DNA of 64,000 nucleotides from positions 1,242,001-1,306,000 of the forward strand of contig MU053216.1 of the NCBI GenBank assembly GCA_013239625.1, written 5' to 3'. The notes beneath the pieces are model-generated. The model did not search any database. It saw only the letters and a list, made by a program, of their open reading frames with translations, and was not told where the DNA came from. This document shows, piece by piece, positions 1 to 53,850 of the stretch. The DNA is from Lama guanicoe. Lineage: Eukaryota. The first letter of the stretch is position 1. Every line of letters begins with the position of its first letter. Both the position numbers and the translations under genes were made by a program.

Positions 1-162
1 TGAACTTCGGTCTGTACTTGCCTCGGAGCCACGGTCTCAGCTTTAGTCCAAGGCGCACAGAGTAGGGTCTGAACCGGACCCAGCAGCCGAGGCCCAGAGG
101 GCTCATGGTCAGAGATGACCTACGTCGGGGCCCGGATGAACTCGAGCTAAGCCTTCCAAGCT

Positions 163-340
163 AGCAGCTCTCAAACTGTTCGCCCCCAGGACCTCTTCAC
201 ACTCTCAAAAATGACTGAAGATCCCCAAGAGGTTTTTTGTTTGTATATATTTTGTCCATTAATGTTTACAGTATTAGAATGAAGAGCAATGTCATAATAT
301 TAATTTATTGATTTGTTTCAAAGGAACAGTAATAAATCAC
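163..340. mobile_element. hAT-Charlie-type DNA transposon fragment
   Basis: ctctcaaact...caggacctcttcacactctcaaaaatgactgaagatcccc resembles a Charlie terminal region. Confidence 0.5.
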
Positions 341-666
341 ACCCTAGATGCTAAGGCCTGCTGGGGACACCCCGAAGGGCAGACCCACCCCGAGGCCGGC
401 TGTCTGTCCAGCACACCCCAGCACCAGGCAGGTCTCCACTGCAGCCTCCCAGACAGAGCTCCCAGGTCGAGCGCGAGGGCCTGCCCACACATCCGCCCTG
501 TCAGGCCGCTGCCTCCCGTTTCAAAGCTCTGTGGGTACAAATGACCTGTCACACCTGCTTCAGAGGCTGTGGTCCACGGAAGCCACGTCTCCAGTGAGGC
601 CCTGGGCCTGAGCTGCTGCAGATGCCTGTATCCAGATGCCTGCACCCAGCCTGTATCCATGTCTGA

Positions 667-41876
<41,210 letters not shown>

Positions 41877-42119
41877 AGGCCGCGTGGCCAGCGTGGGCTT
41901 AGAGCGAGCCTGGCCGAGGGTGGGGCCAGGGAGGGCTCGGCCCGCCGCGCCGCTGCAGCCTCCCTGTCTCAGCAGCCAGGCAGCAGACCGGTGGGGGTGG
42001 TCAGGAACCACCTCCAAGGTCGGGAGGGAGGCTGACAGCCCTTCTCCTCACCAGCAAGGGGTGCGACTGGGTGCAGTTTCTGGTGTTATTCAAACAGGCC
42101 TGGGCAGTGCCAGCAGGAC

Positions 42120-42125
42120 ATTAAA
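42120..42125 (+). terminator. CACNA1S: Probable CACNA1S polyadenylation signal (ATTAAA)
   Basis: ATTAAA about 245 nt after the stop codon, followed by a T/GT-rich element near 42155-42172. Confidence 0.65.
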
Positions 42126-45100
42126 GTCTCGGGCCTGTGGCAGGGCACCCGCCCTCTGCTTGTCTCCTTTCTGGGGCCCTTTGACACACACTCTCCCCTC
42201 GCCCATTCCCGCGGAGGGGCCGTCTGGACCGGTCCCTGCAGGAGCAGAGGGAGGCCCAGTGCGGAGAGCGTGGGCTCTCCTGGAAGTCCGCGGCCTCCTC
42301 CGCCGGCCGGGGTCCTGCGGGCAGCTCTCCAGCCGCTCTGCCCCGAGTGCGCCGCCCGCACGGCCCCAGGGCCTCCCCTGGGCTCTGCTCACGGCCCGGG
42401 GCACCCAGGCCTGCAGTGCCCAGGCCTGCTCTCCACGCCAAGTACACGAGTGAAGGAGCAGGAGCTGCTGTCCACCAAGCGCCCCGCAGACACTGCCCTC
42501 CATGGGGGTCCCGGCACGTTCTGTTTACAAAGCACCTTCATACACAGTATGCGCTGTGTCTCCCACGGCCCCGCAAGGTGGGTTTGGAGTCCACACTAAA
42601 GGTGGGCATTGGAGGTGCAGACAGGGCATGTGGCATGCCTGCATCACACAGCCAGTGAGGGCAGCCCGGCCCCGGGTGACGTGCCCTTCACTGGGCAGAG
42701 GCTCTGTCCTCGCCTGCCCCCATCCGCTCGCCCTCTGTGCCCCCGTGCACCTCGCAGCACCCCCAGGAGGGCTCCTTGGCTGCCCCAGACTTGGAGTCGC
42801 ACCAGGCAGGGTGATGTACCCCTGTGGTGCCCTGTAGATCCGGAAGCTAATGTCTCCTGCTCCACTGACTCCCCTCCAAAGGGAGATAAAATTACACGCC
42901 TCACAGGACGGCAAAAAACTGAATAACGTGGTCCGTAATGTGAACGGGCTCTGGGCACTGTAAAAAGTCTGCAAAGGGAAATTTCCATTTACGGGTGGGA
43001 CCGGAGCACCTTCCATTAGTACGTAACATGCACAGACCAGCCAGAGGGCGGGCCCTGGCCCTCGTGTCCTGCGTACGTTAATTATTTAGTCCCCTGAAGG
43101 AGAAGCAGGTGTCATCCTCATTTTGCATTCTGACACAGAGAGGACAAGGGACTTGCTTGAGGCCCCACAGCTGGCAGGAGGGTCAAGATGGATTTGGCTC
43201 AGGCAACGCAGAGACCAGCCCCAGGGCCCTGATGGCTGCATCCTGCGTCGTCTGTGCTGGGCCTCCCAGCCCGGCTGACAGGTGTCTGTGTGCACACGGG
43301 CTCTGAGGAGCCGTCCTGTCCACCAGCTCTCACCCTTTGGGAAAGTTCAGGCAGCGTCCTCTGCAATGTACAGATGTTCTAATTTATCAGAATGCACACA
43401 AGCTTGCCTTTCCCCAGCTTCCCTGTGAGTAGTCGGTGGGGTTTCTCCTCAGAGGGTTGCAGGCAAGTCCCTCCTGTCATGCGGGCAATGGACAGAGACA
43501 GCATACCTGTAGGAGCTGACAGGCCCTGTCGCCAGGGGCCACTGGCCAGGGTGGTGTCTGCTGCCTCCCTATCCTCTCCCTGCAGATCCCTGCAGACTTG
43601 GGGCCCAGCTGCCAGGTGGGGGATCTGCCAGAGGGAGGGGGTGCAGCCGGTGGGAGGGGGGCACGAAGCCGCATGCTGAGCATGGGGACGAGGGAAGCCC
43701 TCCCACCCGTCTGGGAGGTGCAGAGCTCAGACAGAGGCTCTCTGGAGGACCAAGGAGGCTGGGCCCAGTCCCAGCTCATCTTCAGAGCAGGGAGGTATCC
43801 CCAGCTCTGGCCCCGGTGCGGCTCCAGGCCCTGCTCTGGATGGCCCCAGTGATTCTGGAAGGAAGGGTGTGGCTGTCCTCTACAGGGTGTCTGGCCTTGG
43901 AGTCCCCCCACCTGCCTCCATGCTCTGGTATCAGACAGGCACATACCCTTTCAAGCTTCTGCTCCTCCCTCCGTATAAAGGGGAACAGCTCCTATCCCTT
44001 GGCTACTGGAAGGTGTGAATGCGGCCACTGAGCACCCGGGCCTCGAGGAGAAACTACTGTTTTGGTTCTGTCAGACGCTGGCTACTGGGAGAGCTGGACA
44101 TTAAGATCGGAGGAGGCTGAACTCCCAGGGGCCTAGGCCCCTCCTAGGCCCTGCAGCTTCCAGCCACAGCTCCGGCCTCAGGCCACTGGGGAGGGCACTG
44201 TCAGCCCAGAGCTAACCATGACCCCCATCCCCATTTTTCTGGCATCTGATTCCAGTAGTGCGTTCCTCCTGCCTTGGGCCTGACAGCGTAGGGTGCCAGG
44301 GGACCCCTGCCCCCACCCCACCAAGGGTCCTGCTGACATTTCACTGACGAGGGGACCAAAGGGTGAGGTCTCACAGTGGGAGGGGCTGAGCTGGATTTGT
44401 CCCAGGCTTTCTAATCCCATCGCTGCTTTTCTCCAGAGCCGCGCAACCATCCTCTACATGGAACTTAAAATCCAGTTTAGAAAGCCAGGGAACAAGCATT
44501 TAAAAGAGATTTGCCATAAATACACAGCACAAAATAACTCTGGAGTTGAACAGGAATTGAAAACACCAGGATGGGTCAGATGCTGGGGTCTGAAGGTTTC
44601 AGAGGAGGGGGACGGAGGTAGGGCTGTTTGTTTAAATAAAATGATCCGAAGCGGAGACTCAGTGGTGGTAAAGAAGGAAGCCATGACCCAGAGGAGGACA
44701 GCGCCGCGGAGGCCTGGGGCCATTGAGTCCATGGGAGGAGCCGGGCTCCAGGAGGGAGCCAGTGAGCTGCGCCCGCACACCGAGGGATCTCCCTGCCCAC
44801 TCTGGTCACGGGTTCTTTAAAACGTCTCTGCCGCTGGCATCCACACCTGCAGAGCTGTAACAGCTAACATCCATGAAGCCCGGTTCATCGAGTGTTTCGT
44901 CTCTCAACACCGTTCATGAAATGGGTTTGCTCTTGAGATCATTCCAAGAGAGCTGAGTCCATCACCCACGGCCCTCGGTCGAGAAGCAGTGAGGCCAGGC
45001 ATCTAGCGGGGCCCGGACCTGACTCTTGAGCTGCTGACTCCGAGTTTTACGGTGAGGATCGGATGATGATCCCTTCACCCCAGCCGCCACCACATCCCCT

Positions 45101-45294
45101 ACTGATCTGGCCCAAGACCCTTCCCACAGCCTCCCAAGCCCCTGCCCAACCACACTCCCCCAACCACAGCCCATGCCCCGAGCCCATGCCTCAGTGCCTC
45201 TCTGCACCCAGCACCCCTCTGCCCCATCGTCTCGGCCCGCTTGCTCCTCAAGCAAGTCTTCTCTGATGGCCCCAGTGAACTCTGCCTACTTAAG

Positions 45295-45732
45295 AATGTC
45301 ACTTGCCACCTGGCTCCACAAGAACAAAGTCACTAGTCATTGACTTCCGATGCACCCCAAAAGGGGTTCAGGACGGAGATCAGGAATGGGGCACTCTGGG
45401 CCCTGGGAAGACTGGCAGAACAGGCCTTCAGACAGTCAGTTATTTTCAGATTTTATGAGCCCAAATTCTTGCATCTCCTCATATCTAGAAAAGCACAAAA
45501 AAAATTAACTGCAACACCTGCTCCTTGTGACCAGCAGCAACCTTCTACAAAGATGTGTGCTTGATTGAAGGCGTCCTTTCTCCAAAATCACACAGACACC
45601 GACCTCCCCGCACCTCTTCCAAGCAGTTCCTCAGAGCTACTGGCAGCCTGACTCCCGGGCTACAGTTCTCAGTAAGCCCCCAGTGAATGCGGAACTCAGC
45701 TCTCATGCTGTGTGCTTTTTTTTTCAGTTGAA
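45295..45732 (+). mobile_element. Probable solo ERV1-class LTR
   Basis: About 440 bp resembling MER39/MER41-like LTRs (gagcccaaattcttgcatct, gcagttcctcagagct, ending ttttcagttga); family assigned by eye. Confidence 0.5.
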
Positions 45733-47464
45733 AACTCTTAGCAACAATAACTTTTACTGTAGCATTTATCCCACTGTACCATAACTAGGATCTACAGTTT
45801 GTTTTTTCCAAGCATCTGGTGAGCTTCTTAAGGGCAACTTTGTATCCCCAGCAAGGAAAAAAGGGAGGGAGGGAGGGAGGGAGAGAAGGGGGAGGGGTAA
45901 GGAGAGGGGGAGGGCAAACACAAGAGATGCACCAGGCAAACCGCCTAACAACAGGCATCAGGTCGAATCATTTGAAGTTGCCGATGCTCTATCCCCTTTG
46001 TCTACAGATGGGCAATTTTATAAATTTAACTACTGGAATGAAGGTGGGTTTCCCCACTGTCCAGTGCCACCCAAGTCCCATACCTGCCCCTCTGGGGAGC
46101 AGGACCCCCACCTCTTCTCTGGGGGCCGTTTATACGTGTCCTGATTGCCCTGATCGGGCACATTGGTCCAGAGAGGGGCTCATAAGGTGGGCGTCCGGTC
46201 AGGGTTGTTTTGGGGTCGAGTACAGGCCACAGCTGAGTGTCATCACCGCAGGGCTTCCTCTGAGAGGGGAGGCGGAGGTCCCCTGCAGCGACCATGAGGA
46301 GAGTCTGCCGCCCCAGCACCAGCCACGCTGAGGCTGTCTCTCCTGAAGGCCTCTCTTCTCTTTCCAGGGCCCCCCATGCCTGGTCTTCCTGCCTCCCAGA
46401 CCAAGCCCCCTATCTCCTCTCTCCTCTGCCAGCCCAAGGGACGCTCATGGGTCTGGAATAGGGGGTGGGAGACAGACCTGGGCCTCCTTCCCATCCTGTT
46501 CTTGCTAATTCGGGTGGTGACTTCGAACTTCTCCACAGCGCCCACCTTCTCTCTGGACCCTCCAACCCAGCTCTGAAGTCAAACAGGAAGACCGTGCTCT
46601 CATGCTTCTCCACACTCTCCCTAGTCCCTGATTCCCCTCAAGGCAAAAGCTCTCCACTGTCATCTCATACAAGGGTCAGGAATACGAGGACACAGATTAA
46701 TTTTTCAAGAGACAATTTCAGCTCGTGCTGATGCAGGCTGTCACGGTCAAAGGGCCTTTGAAGTTTCCCTAAAATCTTCCCTGGAGACTCAGCACACACA
46801 CTGCCTGGGAGGCTGGCATTCAAGACTGTCCACAAAATCCTCAGTCTGGTTGCATTTGCGGCTAGCCGGCACTTGAGAGGTTAATCCTGTGTGAGCCCCC
46901 ACCCCCTCCCTCCCCCAGTCTCCAGCGCCTCCTGTTTTGGAAGTGTTAAGTGTGCCTCTGCTGACAGCTTGCTCTGCAGCTGAAGCGAGTATCTATCAAA
47001 ATCCAAGGAAATGCTGCATCCTCGGGGGCTGGAAATCGATAGCTCCTGGCAGGTGGGGTTCTGTGTTAACTTAACGAGAGGGAGGGGCACAGGGACGGGA
47101 GGCTCCTCATGGCCAGCAGGCGACCTCCCAGCCTGCGCAGGTCAGGACGGTCTCCTTCACACTGTGCTTCCTCTCCCGGTCCCCTGGCCTGTGGCTTCAC
47201 CTCTTCTCTGGCTCCCCCAGTATGGCTCCTGGCTGGTGTCCCCCACTCCTTCTGTATGCCCCTCTTTGTGTTGCTAATTCTCCACCACTGCCCCCCTTCT
47301 GGGGGAGGGGGACCCTAAGTGAGTACCAGGCCACATGGGGCAGGGCAGAGGGCTCAGCTGCCCTTCAGGTGGCCAGGACTCCAGGTGATTGTCCTAGTGG
47401 CCTAGGATAAGTCACCAGATGCTCCACACCTCCATTTGAGCAAAGAAGTTGGAGCAAGTGACCT

Positions 47465-47960
47465 TTTTTCAGTTTGTTGAGTGATAATTAGCTTATAATA
47501 CATGGCACGTAGTCAAAGCACACAACTGGGTTGTTTTTCAAAGATGCATACACCCGTGGAGCTGTCAGCACCATCCAGATAACGGTTCTGTCTCCCCCAC
47601 GATTTCCCAGTGCTCACTGGTCACCCCTCCTCTGCCCTCAACTCTGTTCACAGCCCCTCCCCCCACCAGGCCCCCAGCGGCACGCGCTCTGACATCACAG
47701 CTAGGTAGCTCAGTTTGTGTTTTGTGGACTTTCCTGTCAGTGGACTCACAGCGTGTGCTCCAGGTCCGGCGTCCTCCCCTCGGCACAGTTACTCTGCGGC
47801 TCATCCACACCGTATTGTGCACCCCTGGTCCTGCCCCTTCTATGCTGAGTAGTGTCCACTGTGTGATACGCCAGAGTTTATTCCTTCATCTGCTGATGGA
47901 CATTTGGACCGTTTCCAGTTCAGGGCCATGAAACGCTGCTCCGACCATCCACGTCCAGCC
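47465..47960 (-). mobile_element. Old L1M fragment
   Basis: gctgagtagtgtccactgtgtga...tgatggacatttggaccgtttccagtt. Confidence 0.65.
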
Positions 47961-48744
47961 ATCATGTAGCCCTGTGCAGTAGGTGGCTTCTGAGGGCCCT
48001 CGGCTCACGGTCCCAGCTCAGCAGCTGCCAAGGCCCATCCACACTTTTCCTTTACTGTGACCCGACACAGGAGGAGGCAGGAAACCGCTTGCTCGGGTTC
48101 AAACCCCGCTCAGCCACTTGTGGTAGGACCTGCGGTTAAAGGGGATGGTAACTCCCTGCCTCCTGGAGGTTCATGACACCCTGGCCTGAAGCACTCAGCA
48201 CAGCACCGGCACCACGCTCGGACACGGCAGCTGTTGTTTTCTGCACGTGGCTCTGGGAAGACGGATGCAGTACCAAACTGGCTTTGTCTGGGGTCTCGGC
48301 AGTCACTGGATCCTTGGTAGTAGCCCTGTTTCACAGAGGACTAGCTGAGTGCCCGGGGCCAGGTCGAGTTAGGGTTGGCATAGGTGTGTCCTGACACCCT
48401 CCCGTCTCATCGGCAGGCAACGGGCAGTGGCCCTGAAGGCCCTCGGGGTTTTCTAAGTGCTTCTTGGTGATTCCTGAAGGCCCCAAGGGACGGCTCAGCA
48501 CAGCCGGCCAGAAGGGGGACGTGTCCCCAGGGCCCAGCAGTCCGCAGACATCATGGGGGGTGGAGGCAGGTGGAGCCGTCGCCTGCTTCCACCTGCCCAC
48601 AGGGCTCCAAGCAGCCCTGAGACCAAAAGCCCAGAGAGGCTTCCGGGAGTGCTGGCAGGCCCTGGGCCCTTCGGCATCTTTACAGACCGGAACTCTGGCT
48701 CTGCGCCGCACTCGAGCATCAGCTCGGGGAGAGTGGGCTACGCC

Positions 48745-49010
48745 AAGGTGACATACAAGCTCACGACCTTGGTGGCTTAGCACAAAGTTTATTTCTCACA
48801 CACAGTCCACAGACAACGTGAACTTGAGGGAGGGGCCGGGCTGCGGGGAGCGTCCGCCTCCGAGTGACACACATGGGTCCTGCCCATGTTTCACTGGTCA
48901 ACCAGAGTCACAGGGCCACACCTAACATGGGAGTGAGGACACACCGGCCAGCCTTGTGCCAGAGGCAGAGGGTCGGGAAATACTTGGTGGAAGCACTAAT
49001 GACCACCACG
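48745..49010. mobile_element. MLT1 (MaLR) LTR fragment
   Basis: gtggcttagcacaaagtttatttctcac...agtcacagggccacacctaac. Confidence 0.6.
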
Positions 49011-50829
49011 CCAGCCAAGGGACCTCTGAGCCCATTTCCTCTTCTGCAAAATGAAGACAATAACGGTATTTGCCTCATAGGCCATTGTGAGGGTTGAAAC
49101 AACCTTGGCACAGGGCAGCTCTGGGCTGAGTGAGACACGGCTCAGAGACACCACCAAACAGATCAGCGTGGCTGCGTGCGGGGGGGGGGGCCGCGCTCTG
49201 CAGGGGTCCAGCCCGCCGGGGCCCTCCTGCCTTGGCAAACACTTTCCCCGCAGCCAGCGGAGGCTGGAGACACTCCCCCAGGCCCCCCATCAACCACGAC
49301 GCTGAGGCAGGAGACTTCATCGCCACACCCCTGGCCCCGGTCTCACTCACACTCTTCTCAGCCTTCCTGTCCCCTAAGGTCTTGATGACAAATCTGCCCT
49401 CTGCCCAGTCAGAGGTGGGGGCTCAGAAGAAGGGGTGGAGAAGCCACAGGAAATGAAGGAAATGCGTTTCCATCTTGTGAGCTGGGTGCTGGGTGCTCGG
49501 GACAGCTTCCCCTGTTCCCACCTCATCGCAGCCCTGAGAACAGGTGGGTGTGACTGACTTCATTCCAGGGGTGGGAGTCCTCCCATGGCTTTGAGTGGCA
49601 GAGCCGGAATCTGAACCCAGATCTCCGTGACTCGGGTCACCACACTTTGGCTTCCAGGCTGTCTTCTGTCACTTTGCACAGACTTCACTTGCATGCAAAC
49701 CTGACACACACACAGCCCTGGCTCCGATGTTCAGCCTTTGGGTCCTACCGCGCTGTCGTGGGAACTGCCCTCTCTGGGACTGTCTGTGCCTGCTCACCGG
49801 CTTTTTGTGCAGCTTTGGACAAGTTCCCCCACTTCTCTGGGCCTCAGTTTCCGCACCTGAAAATGAAGCTGTCAAACTAGATGATCTGAGGGCTCCCGTG
49901 GCCGCTGCTCCCGCCGTGGCCCTGACACTGTGTGAGAAAGCACCGAGAAGCAGCATGGACGGAGACCCCGTGCCTGAGGTTCTGTGGCACATTAAACCCT
50001 CACTGACATTTGAAACCAAAAATAGCTTGTTTTGTTTTGTTTTCAAAGACTGACAGAGTATTTGTAATCCACAGCAGTTCTCTCTCTTTTTTTGCTATTT
50101 ATAACAAATTCTGGTTTCCTCTATGGCTAAGTCTGTCTCCTACTGTAACAGAGGAAGTCAGGCTGAGCCCCCACTGAGCTAAGGTCTCAGTGCCTGGCGC
50201 CAGCAGGCCTTCTCTGGGGTGCTGAGCTCCTGCTGGTGGCCAGGACCGGGCTCTGTCTCCAGGTGGGCTGGGCCGTCTGCCAGCAGGGAGGACCAGTGCC
50301 TGTTCTCCCAGGAACCAGGCACAGCTGCTGGGCAGGGCTGGGGGCTGGGGCTGGGGGCCCAGGACTTTGCCCTCCCCACCCCTAGAACTCATGTCAGCTC
50401 TTAGACAGTTCCTCCCAATGCCAGAGCCTGCTGCTAATTTCAAAGAACCACGGGACGGGACTCAAGTTCAGGCCACCCCTGGGCACGTTTCTAGAGCCTA
50501 AGGGTTTCTCTTAAGTGTTCTGATTCCTTACTGCAGGGTTGCTGTTGAGAGCTAGGCTGAGCCTGAGAGATCTGGGCCAGATGGCTGCCCACTCCACACA
50601 CCCCTCCCCAGCTGAGGATTTTCACCACTGTGGCGTGGGTGCTTCCTGCTGCGGAGAGGGGCCCCTGCAGCCCGCAGGTTCCCATCTGCTCAGATGCCCA
50701 CCGCTCCCATCAGGAGAGAAGATGGAGGCCCAAGATGCCTGGGCTAGTGGGGTGGGGCTCAGCTCAGGAGAAGACATGTGGCTCAGACTCCAGTCCAAGA
50801 AGGGGCTCAGGGCCAAACATGGAGTATCG

Positions 50830-50892
50830 CGTGTGTATGAGCGTGTGTCTGTGTGTGTGTGTCTGTCTGTGTGTGTGCGTGTGTGTGTGTGC
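50830..50892. repeat. (TG)n microsatellite
   Basis: Directly visible. Confidence 0.9.
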
Positions 50893-51564
50893 GCGGGAAA
50901 AGGGATATGCATACAGGCAGCCGATGTGGAGAAACGCTGGGGTTTGGAAAGGAGGGATAGAAAGAGGAAAAGCAGCAGGGAGGAAATGGGTGGAGGGAGG
51001 TGGGAACACATCTGAGGGGGAAGCAGGGCTGGGCTGAGGCTGGACATACCCCAGAGAGGGCGGGTGCCCTCCTAGGCCTTCTCTGACCCTCTGATTAAGT
51101 CTTCCCAGGCTGCAGTTTAAGCCTCTTTACTACCACAGGGTCCCCGCCTGACCTCCTCCCCCAGCAGCGCCAAGGAGGCAGGGTCTAGACACCCAGCTGC
51201 CTGGCTGCTCCCTGGTGTCCCGGGGGGAGCTGCCCTGAGACCCTGACCTCTAGGAGGCCCAAGTTTCCAGCCCATGTGCCTCCCTGCTCCTCCTGGCTCG
51301 ATATCCTGCGACCTGGAGGGGGGGTGGGGGGGCAGGGCTCTGGCGCCACTTCCCAGCAGTAACGCTATGAGTCAGAAGGGTCACCTACTCTCGGAAGTCA
51401 GAGGGGATCTCCTGGAGGCAGGAAGCCAGAGTTGGGCCCAGAGAAGCCCAGAGGAGCAGTTCTGCGAAGTGCAACTTTATCATCCGGGAGGACTAAGTCT
51501 GGAGCACAAGTCCGGGCCAGCCCAGCTCCCTTTCCCTGGGCAGCTGCTTGGAGGCTGCATGGGG

Positions 51565-51725
51565 AGTCTGGAACCAGAGGCATGAGTTCAAGTCCTGGCT
51601 CTGCTGCTCATGTGTTGGGCAAGACTCCGTTTACCCAACAGCAGAACTGAAAAAGAATAAAGCCTAGCTCACAAGGTCAGGAGAATGAAGTGAGAATGTG
51701 CCCGTAAAGCACCTTGTTCATGCAG
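51565..51725 (+). mobile_element. MIR SINE fragment
   Basis: gagttcaagtcctggctctgc...ttgggcaag...gtaaagcacctt. Confidence 0.6.
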
Positions 51726-52899
51726 AGGGCCCACACACGCTAGCTCCTCCCTACCTGATTTTGGTTGGAAAATGGAAGAGAATGTCCAGGGCCTGACTCC
51801 TCAACACGCTGTTGGACTCCGGCCCCTGGAGGGGTGACCTGCCTAGAGAGAACTTCCTCCAGGTTTAGATGCCAGCGAAGGGTGCAGGGTGCCCCCAGGA
51901 CCTGCCCCAGCCCCCGCCCCTCCTCCACCCTGGAGCACTGATGGCCATGCTGCTGTTTTCCAGCAAAATGGAGGGGAGGGGATGGAGTGGTGATGATTTG
52001 CCCCTGAAATTTGCCCTTGAAATTGTCTTTGGTTTTGGTTTGACCACAAACTGGAATCTGGGCTATGGATGGAGCAGTTATCTGTGGCATGGGGGAGGGA
52101 AAGGGATGAGGATGGCACCAAAGACGTATCCTCAGGCCCGAGCCCACATCTTGCCCAAATCTCTGACATGGTTTCATCATCTGAGGGTGACGCAAGAAGC
52201 CTGGAGTCAGACGCCCTTCCCCCCGCCCCGAGAGAAGTCCTTCCACATCTGGAGCTGCAGCTGGGTCCTCTTCTTGGGCTCCTTCCGGAGGAGGGAGCTG
52301 GTAGAAGTGAGGGAGGGGATGGCAGCTGGTGAGGCGCCCCATGAATGACCCCAATGTTGGGAGCTGGGGGCAGGGGGAGGGGCTGGGCTCAGAGGAAAGG
52401 CCAACTGAGACGTCCCGCGTTACTGGTCTCCTCCATCACTGCCCGTTTCAAGTCACCAGGATCTGATTGTCCTTTATACCCTTCCGAAGGCAGCTGCCCT
52501 CCCCGCCCCCTTCCCCGTCCACCTGCCCCCCAGCCTCTACCCAGGTGCCCAGAGCTGAGTGCCTCCTTTGTTCCCTGCCTCCCTGGGGCAGCTCAGGCCT
52601 CCCACACTGACCCTCTGCCCCCACGGCCACAACAAGTTGAGTGTAAGCCAGGCCCGGGGAGGGGGTCATCTGTGGGTCATAAAGGTCACTGGAGCCTCTG
52701 TGGTCCTGCAGGAAGGAGGGGCCATCTGGGCTAGGAGCCTGGCCAGGAACCAACCCAAAGATGAACTTTAAAATGCTGCAGGGTGTGGGTGGAGGGAGTT
52801 CTAGCTAGACACTTGGCAAGAATCCCCCTCAATAAAGGTTGGCAAATTCCCTGGACTCAACGCAGAAGGGAGGCATTCCCCGCACGTTCAGAATACAAA

Positions 52900-53850
52900 C
52901 CGCCAGTCGCTGTGGGACGCTGTGCAGAGCAGCGCTGGGCCGGGAGACCTGGGCTCTTACGCACGCGGAGCCACTAACTCCTGCGTGACCTTGGTAGTTC
53001 CCTTCTCTGTGTACCGTCTTCCGCATTTATGAATGGGGGTCCCACCGAGGCTGAGCCTGCGGCCTGGGGGCCGAGGCTCCGGCGCGGTCAGCTCCCTGGC
53101 TCGCGTCCCCCAGCCCACAGAGGCCGTTCCGCCGGCCCCGCAACGACCGCGTGGACGCGCCGAGGGGTCCCTTTAAAGGCCCCCGCCCCGCCCCTGTTAC
53201 CGGCTCCGGCCTTCAATTGGTGGAGCCTGGGCGGGGCGGGCTCGAGGGCTGACGGGGCGGGGCCTGAGCCGGGCCGGCCCCCGCCCCCTTTGTTCGCGCT
53301 GCGGCGGGAGGCGCGGCGGGGCCGGAGGTGCGCGCGCGGGTGCCGCGCTGTAGGGAGCCGGTCGCGCCGCGGGCTGTCAGCTGGCTCCGCGCCGCTGCCC
53401 GATGGCGCGAGGGGGCGCGCGGGCCCGGGCCCGGGGGGCTTCCCCCGATCGCGGGTGAGCCCTCCGCCGGCCGCCCGCGAGCATGTCACCTCCAGCCGCC
53501 GCAGCCTCTGCCCGCAACGCCCGCGTCCCGGCCTCCCGCAGCCGCAGCCGCCGCCCGGGGCATTGGCCCCCGGACCCCCGCCCCTGAACGACGCGGGACC
53601 CGGCGCCGGAGCACCATGGCTGGCCAGGGGGACTGCTGCGTCAAGGTGGCCATCAGGTAGGACGGGCGGCGGGGCGCGTGCGCGGAGGGCTCGGCTTTGT
53701 CTCGCGTGGGGCGGGGGTCCGGGGGTCCTGAGACGCTGCTCGACTCAAGGCCCGCGCCCGCGGAGGTCGGGCGGGCCAGGCTGGAGGGCGCCGCGTGCTG
53801 GCTGGATCCCTGCAGGGATTGGCGGCCCCGCGGGCGGCTGGAGGTGGCTT
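52900..53850. promoter_or_regulatory. KIF21B: CpG island / TATA-less GC-box promoter of KIF21B
   Basis: Very GC- and CpG-rich; multiple GGGCGG/CCGCCC Sp1 boxes around 53180-53290; spans the first coding exon. Confidence 0.9.
53616..53656 (+). CDS. KIF21B: Kinesin-like protein KIF21B, first coding exon; the gene continues beyond the window
   Basis: Strong Kozak gcaccATGG; MAGQGDCCVKVAI(R) matches the KIF21B N-terminus; donor AG|GTAGGA; same gene order as human. Confidence 0.93.

Noticed and set aside
44127..44142. 16-bp palindrome AGGGGCCTAGGCCCCT
   Set aside because: Isolated, in GC-rich DNA, with no supporting context
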